This document shows, piece by piece, positions 60,650 through 64,000 of a stretch of 64,000 bases of DNA (position 1 is the first letter of the stretch; the number at the start of each line of letters is the position of its first letter). The translations under genes were made by a program, and so were the position numbers. This DNA comes from Gemmatimonadales bacterium (lineage in GTDB: Bacteria > Gemmatimonadota > Gemmatimonadetes > Gemmatimonadales > GWC2-71-9), in assembly GCA_036555275.1 (NCBI GenBank), contig DATBLR010000041.1, positions 1,711 through 65,710 of the forward strand. The letters are read 5' to 3'. The notes under the pieces are model-generated. The model did not search any database, was not told where the DNA came from, and was given only the letters and a program-made list of their open reading frames with translations.

Positions 60650-61018
60650 ATGCCCCCGAACCCGCTCCTTCGCGTCCGGAAACTGTGTCTGGCGTTGCCC
60701 GAGGCCTGCGAAGTCGTGGCGTGGGGCGAGCCGACCTTTCGCGTCCGCAACAAGCAGTTCGCCATGTACGCCAGTCCCCACAATCACCATGGAAACGGTC
60801 GCCCGGCGGTCTGGTGCAAAGCCGCGATGGGCAATCAGGGCCTCATGATCAAGGCGGCGCCGGACCGTTTCTTTGTCCCGGCCTATGTGGGACCCAACGG
60901 GTGGGTCGGAATCTGGCTGGACCGCCGAGTCGACTGGGAGGAACTGACCGGTCTCCTGGAGGACGCGTATCGCCTGGTGGCTCCGAAGGGGCTGCTGGCC
61001 CTGCTGCCGGCCCGCTAG
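60650..61018 (+). CDS. MmcQ/YjbR family DNA-binding protein
   Basis: ORF 122 aa. LRVRKLCLALPEACEVVAWGEPTFRVRNKQFAMY...GWVGIWLD...ELTGLLEDAYRLVAPK. Confidence 0.8.
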   Translation: MPPNPLLRVRKLCLALPEACEVVAWGEPTFRVRNKQFAMYASPHNHHGNGRPAVWCKAAMGNQGLMIKAAPDRFFVPAYVGPNGWVGIWLDRRVDWEELTGLLEDAYRLVAPKGLLALLPAR

Positions 61019-61059
61019 CCGACCGCAGCGAAATCCGCCTCACCTGGAGCGTCGCGCGC

Positions 61060-61485
61060 GTGGTCACCCTACCCCGAGTCATCGTCATCACAGGCGGTCT
61101 AATCCTCGTCGGGATGATCGCGGGGGGATTCGCCGCGGGCTGTGCCCTTGCCCTCTACGCCATCCTCCATGGCGACTGGCGCGGCGCTCTCGATCTCGAG
61201 CTGTGGGGGTTCGCCGGCGCCGTCGGGGCTGGCATCGGCGCGGTCGTCGCGCCGCTCACTTCGTGGCTGTTCCTCCGGCATGTCCCGCTTGGTCGGCTCA
61301 TTCTTCAGACGACGGTGGGCACTATCCTCGCGGGAGGAGTCGGCTTTGCCCTGGGCTTCAGTCCGCTCATCATGGCCACCCTGGGCTACCTGGCCGCTGC
61401 AGTCCGCCTGGCGGTTGTCACCCCGAGGCGCACCGAACTCCAAGGAAGCAAACCGGGCCAGGCCGGCAGCCGAAGGCCTGCCTGA
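61060..61485 (+). CDS. hypothetical membrane protein
   Basis: Second half of ORF 60685..61485, from GTG 61060. Four hydrophobic helices. Confidence 0.4.
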   Translation: MVTLPRVIVITGGLILVGMIAGGFAAGCALALYAILHGDWRGALDLELWGFAGAVGAGIGAVVAPLTSWLFLRHVPLGRLILQTTVGTILAGGVGFALGFSPLIMATLGYLAAAVRLAVVTPRRTELQGSKPGQAGSRRPA

Positions 61486-61553
61486 CAATGCCGGCCTCAC
61501 CGGGGGCCCAGGCGGGGCGGAGCAGCATCCAACCGTACCAAGCAGCTGACACC

Positions 61554-62069
61554 TCACTCCTTGGGGCGCGCCCCGCCATCAGACGGCGCCGCCCAGTCGC
61601 GGGCGAAACCGCGCTCCACTCGCGCCATGAAGCATCCTGCTTCGCCGTTCCGGAGGTGGGCGTAGGCAACGCCATCAACCTCGAACACGCGGGACAGGAC
61701 TTCCTCGGGGAGCTGGGTCCCCACTCGCTCCTGAACCAGCAGACGGCCGCCGACCCCGTACCCTTCGAAAACCAGCGGGAGAGCCTGCAGGTCGGGGGGC
61801 AATTCCGGCGCGTCGTACCGCTCACACGGCTCCATGTGGACGAAGATCGGCCCGGGAGCCGGCAGACTGCCCGGGTCCTGGAACGGTTGGTAGGTAAACA
61901 GAAGGCGCTCCTGCTCGCCGAGCACGAAGGTGCGCAGACAGAGACGACACGGTCCATACCCCGTAGCGGCCTCCCGGTGCGCTGGATGGCCGTACTGCGG
62001 GGAACGAAGGGTCCGGCGAGCCTCGCTCGCGATCGCCTCGGGGATTCCCATGAACCGGAACACCGCCAT
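61554..62069 (-). CDS. DUF1203 domain protein
   Basis: ORF 171 aa. GYGPCRLCLRTFVLGEQERLLFTYQPF...PGPIFVHMEPCERY. Confidence 0.75.
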   Translation of the reverse strand: MAVFRFMGIPEAIASEARRTLRSPQYGHPAHREAATGYGPCRLCLRTFVLGEQERLLFTYQPFQDPGSLPAPGPIFVHMEPCERYDAPELPPDLQALPLVFEGYGVGGRLLVQERVGTQLPEEVLSRVFEVDGVAYAHLRNGEAGCFMARVERGFARDWAAPSDGGARPKE

Positions 62070-62223
62070 GCCGCCTCCTCAGCTGGGGTTGAACCCTACG
62101 CTGGGCAGGCAAGGCGGGCCAGGCTATCCGGATCTTGTGGCCATATCAGGCGAACTGGGGGCCCTTTCTAAGGTCCTTCCTCCAGCATATCGTTGCGGGT
62201 GCCATTCTTCCTTCGAGGACCCT

Positions 62224-62688
62224 ATGCGCACCCTCACCGTTTCAGCCACGCTCCTGTTCACTACCGCGGCTCTATGGGGCCAAGCCTCGCCCGGCGCGAA
62301 GCCTGCAACCCTCTCGTGGGGACCCGCCCCAGCGGTGTTCCCGGCGGGCGCACAGATGGCAGTCGTCAGCGGCGACCCGGGCAAGGAAGTACCCTTTGTG
62401 GTGCGACTCAGGATGCCCGCGGGCTACCGGATCCAGCCTCATTTCCACCCGACCGACGAGACTGTAGAGGTCATCGAGGGCACTTTCCTCTATGGCATGG
62501 GCGATCACTTTGATCTCAGCAAGACCAAAACGATGAAGGTGGGCGACAAGGGGACCCTCCCGGCCAACATGCATCATTTCGCGACCGCCAAGGGGCCGAC
62601 GGTGGTCTCGGTGAGCGCGATGGGTCCCTTCGCCATGACCTACGTGAACCCGGCGGACGATCCACAGAACCAGGTGGCCCGACCGTAA
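62224..62688 (+). CDS. secreted cupin domain protein
   Basis: ORF 61930..62688 trimmed to ATG 62224. Signal MRTLTVSATLLFTTAALWGQA. PHFHPTDETVEVIEGTF...MHHF. Confidence 0.8.
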   Translation: MRTLTVSATLLFTTAALWGQASPGAKPATLSWGPAPAVFPAGAQMAVVSGDPGKEVPFVVRLRMPAGYRIQPHFHPTDETVEVIEGTFLYGMGDHFDLSKTKTMKVGDKGTLPANMHHFATAKGPTVVSVSAMGPFAMTYVNPADDPQNQVARP

Positions 62689-63150
62689 CGGCCGCCCCAA
62701 CCGAGCAGCTACGACACAGTTGCCGACGAGTACGTTCGCCGCATTGGCAACGAGCTCCAAGGCAAGCCGTTCGACCGCGCCCTGCTCGACCGGTTCGCGA
62801 CCCGCGTGGCGGGGCGAGGTCCCGTCTGGGACCTCGGCTGCGGACCTGGTCATGTCGCCCGGTACCTGTTCGACCGCGGCGTAGCGATGACCGGCCTCGA
62901 CCTCTCCCCCGCCCTGCTGGCTCATGCGAGGCGACTCAGCCCGGACATCGCGTTTCACGAGGGTGACTTCCGACAACCCCCCGCTCCGGCAGGGTCCTGG
63001 GCGGGGATCGTCGCTTTCTACTCCATCATTCACTTGCCCCGGGAACAGGTCGCTTCAACTCCGGTCGAATGGGCTCGCGTGCTGCGTCCGGGGGGCTTGC
63101 TCCTGCTCGCTGCGCACCTTGGGAACGACACCCTGCACCTGGATGAGTGA
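62689..63150 (+). pseudogene. class I SAM-dependent methyltransferase remnant (no start codon, C-terminally short)
   Basis: The frame opens directly after the cupin TAA. YDTVADEYVRRIGNELQGKPFDRALLDRFATRVAGRGPVWDLGCGPGHVARYL...LRPGGLLLLAAH. The first canonical start is GTG 62806, after motif-I upstream context. Confidence 0.6.
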
Positions 63151-63246
63151 TGCGGGGGCCCGACCGTGCCTGGCGCTTGGCGAGTGTCCGACGGGAGCGG
63201 CCGGTCCACCGCCTTGACCTTCCACTCCTTCATTCGGAGACCAACC

Positions 63247-63540
63247 ATGCCTACCTACATCTCCCTGCTCCGGTTCACTCAACAGGGCCTTGCCAATGCC
63301 AAGTCCGGCCCGGCTCGGCTGGATGCCGGCAAGGAGGCGTATCGCAAAGCCGGAGGGGAGCTCAAGGCCTTCTACCTTACGAGGGGCCAGTACGACACGG
63401 TGGTCATCGCCGAGTTGCCCAGCGATGAGGCCGTGGCTCAACTCGCCCTGACGTTCGGGGCAGCCGGGAACGTTCGCTCCGAGTCGTTCCGGGCCTTCAC
63501 CGAGACGGAGTACCGGAAGATTGCCGCCGGGGTGGGCTGA
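63247..63540 (+). CDS. GYD domain protein
   Basis: ORF 63166..63540 trimmed to ATG 63247 (GGAG upstream). MPTYISLLRFTQQGLANAK...GQYDTVVIAELPSDEAVAQL. Confidence 0.85.
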   Translation: MPTYISLLRFTQQGLANAKSGPARLDAGKEAYRKAGGELKAFYLTRGQYDTVVIAELPSDEAVAQLALTFGAAGNVRSESFRAFTETEYRKIAAGVG

Positions 63541-63646
63541 GCGGGCAGGTTTCCGGTCGCTTCGTGGCGGCGTCTGGCGCGCGGTCGGTGGTTGCTGCAT
63601 CCTTCGCTCGACTGATATTTTCCCTGCACCACTTCAAGGAGCGGGC

Positions 63647-64000
63647 ATGCTCTGCCGGACGTCAGCCGGCGCTCTGCTGGCTTTCACAGGGTTGCTTGTT
63701 GGCTGCAAGCCGGATCGACAGGCGTCCACCGGTGCGCCGTCAACCGGCACCCCGGTGCCCGCAACCGTGACTGTCACGGCGACCGATTATACCCTAGACC
63801 TCCCCGCCCAGCTTCCGGCGGGCAGCGTGACGTTGAATCTGGTGAACCAGGGAAAAGAGCTTCACCAGGCCATGGTGGTCCGGCTCGAGGATGGGAAGAC
63901 CGTCGCCGATCTCGCCCACGGCATGGCGGCGGAGGGTCAGACTCCGGCCTGGCTAGAGTTCATCGGAGGACCCAACGCAGCCGCACCGGGCATGGCGACC
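63647..64000 (+). CDS. hypothetical lipoprotein (3' end outside window)
   Basis: Not in the ORF track because it has no stop. ATG 63647 with AAGGAG upstream. MLCRTSAGALLAFTGLLVGC lipobox. The frame is open to the last base. Confidence 0.6.
   Translation, partial: MLCRTSAGALLAFTGLLVGCKPDRQASTGAPSTGTPVPATVTVTATDYTLDLPAQLPAGSVTLNLVNQGKELHQAMVVRLEDGKTVADLAHGMAAEGQTPAWLEFIGGPNAAAPGMAT

Overview
GC-rich bacterial chromosomal window. I cannot assign a phylum from the sequence; the MacB/ADOP-type permease fragment and the general gene content are reminiscent of Gemmatimonadota or Acidobacteriota.

**Bases 1-6380: core metabolism.** purL (5' end lies outside the window), purF and ppdK. These are followed by a G-tract tandem repeat and a long inverted repeat.

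**About 7.3-47.6 kb: a large chromosomal integron-like cassette array.**
- It begins with a 3' remnant of an integron-integrase gene (intI C-terminal signature, frameshifted and 5'-truncated).
- A candidate attI core GTTAGGC follows at 8632.
- After that come more than 30 units, each made of 1-3 small, mostly + strand ORFs followed by an imperfect palindrome of about 45-130 bp.
- Each palindrome starts with an RYYYAAC-type heptamer and ends with a GTTRRRY-type heptamer, which is attC architecture.
- Two attC sequence families are interleaved along the array.
- Many cassette stop codons lie inside the first heptamer.

**Cassette cargo.**
- Recognisable families: GNATs, DinB/YfiT, RibD_C reductases, SRPBCC proteins, VOC, peroxiredoxin, hemolysin III, EamA, MBL hydrolase, a membrane Ser/Thr kinase, a Mut7-C RNase and a histone-H1-like basic protein.
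- Three diverged paralogues of one unrecognised about 105-aa family.
- Two reverse-oriented ArsR-SRPBCC modules.

**Decay within the array.**
- Two IS remnants: an IS481-like deletion derivative with inverted repeats, and a 5'-truncated IS110 fused to a permease fragment.
- Many frameshifted or truncated genes.
- Orphan half-sites and collapsed mini-attC relics.

**From about 47.65 kb to the end.** Gene content stays cassette-like (small, mostly + strand accessory genes), but convincing attC sites disappear.

**Limits.** No rRNA, tRNA or CRISPR was seen. Family names are recalled from motifs, not from searches. attC boundaries are accurate to within a few nucleotides.
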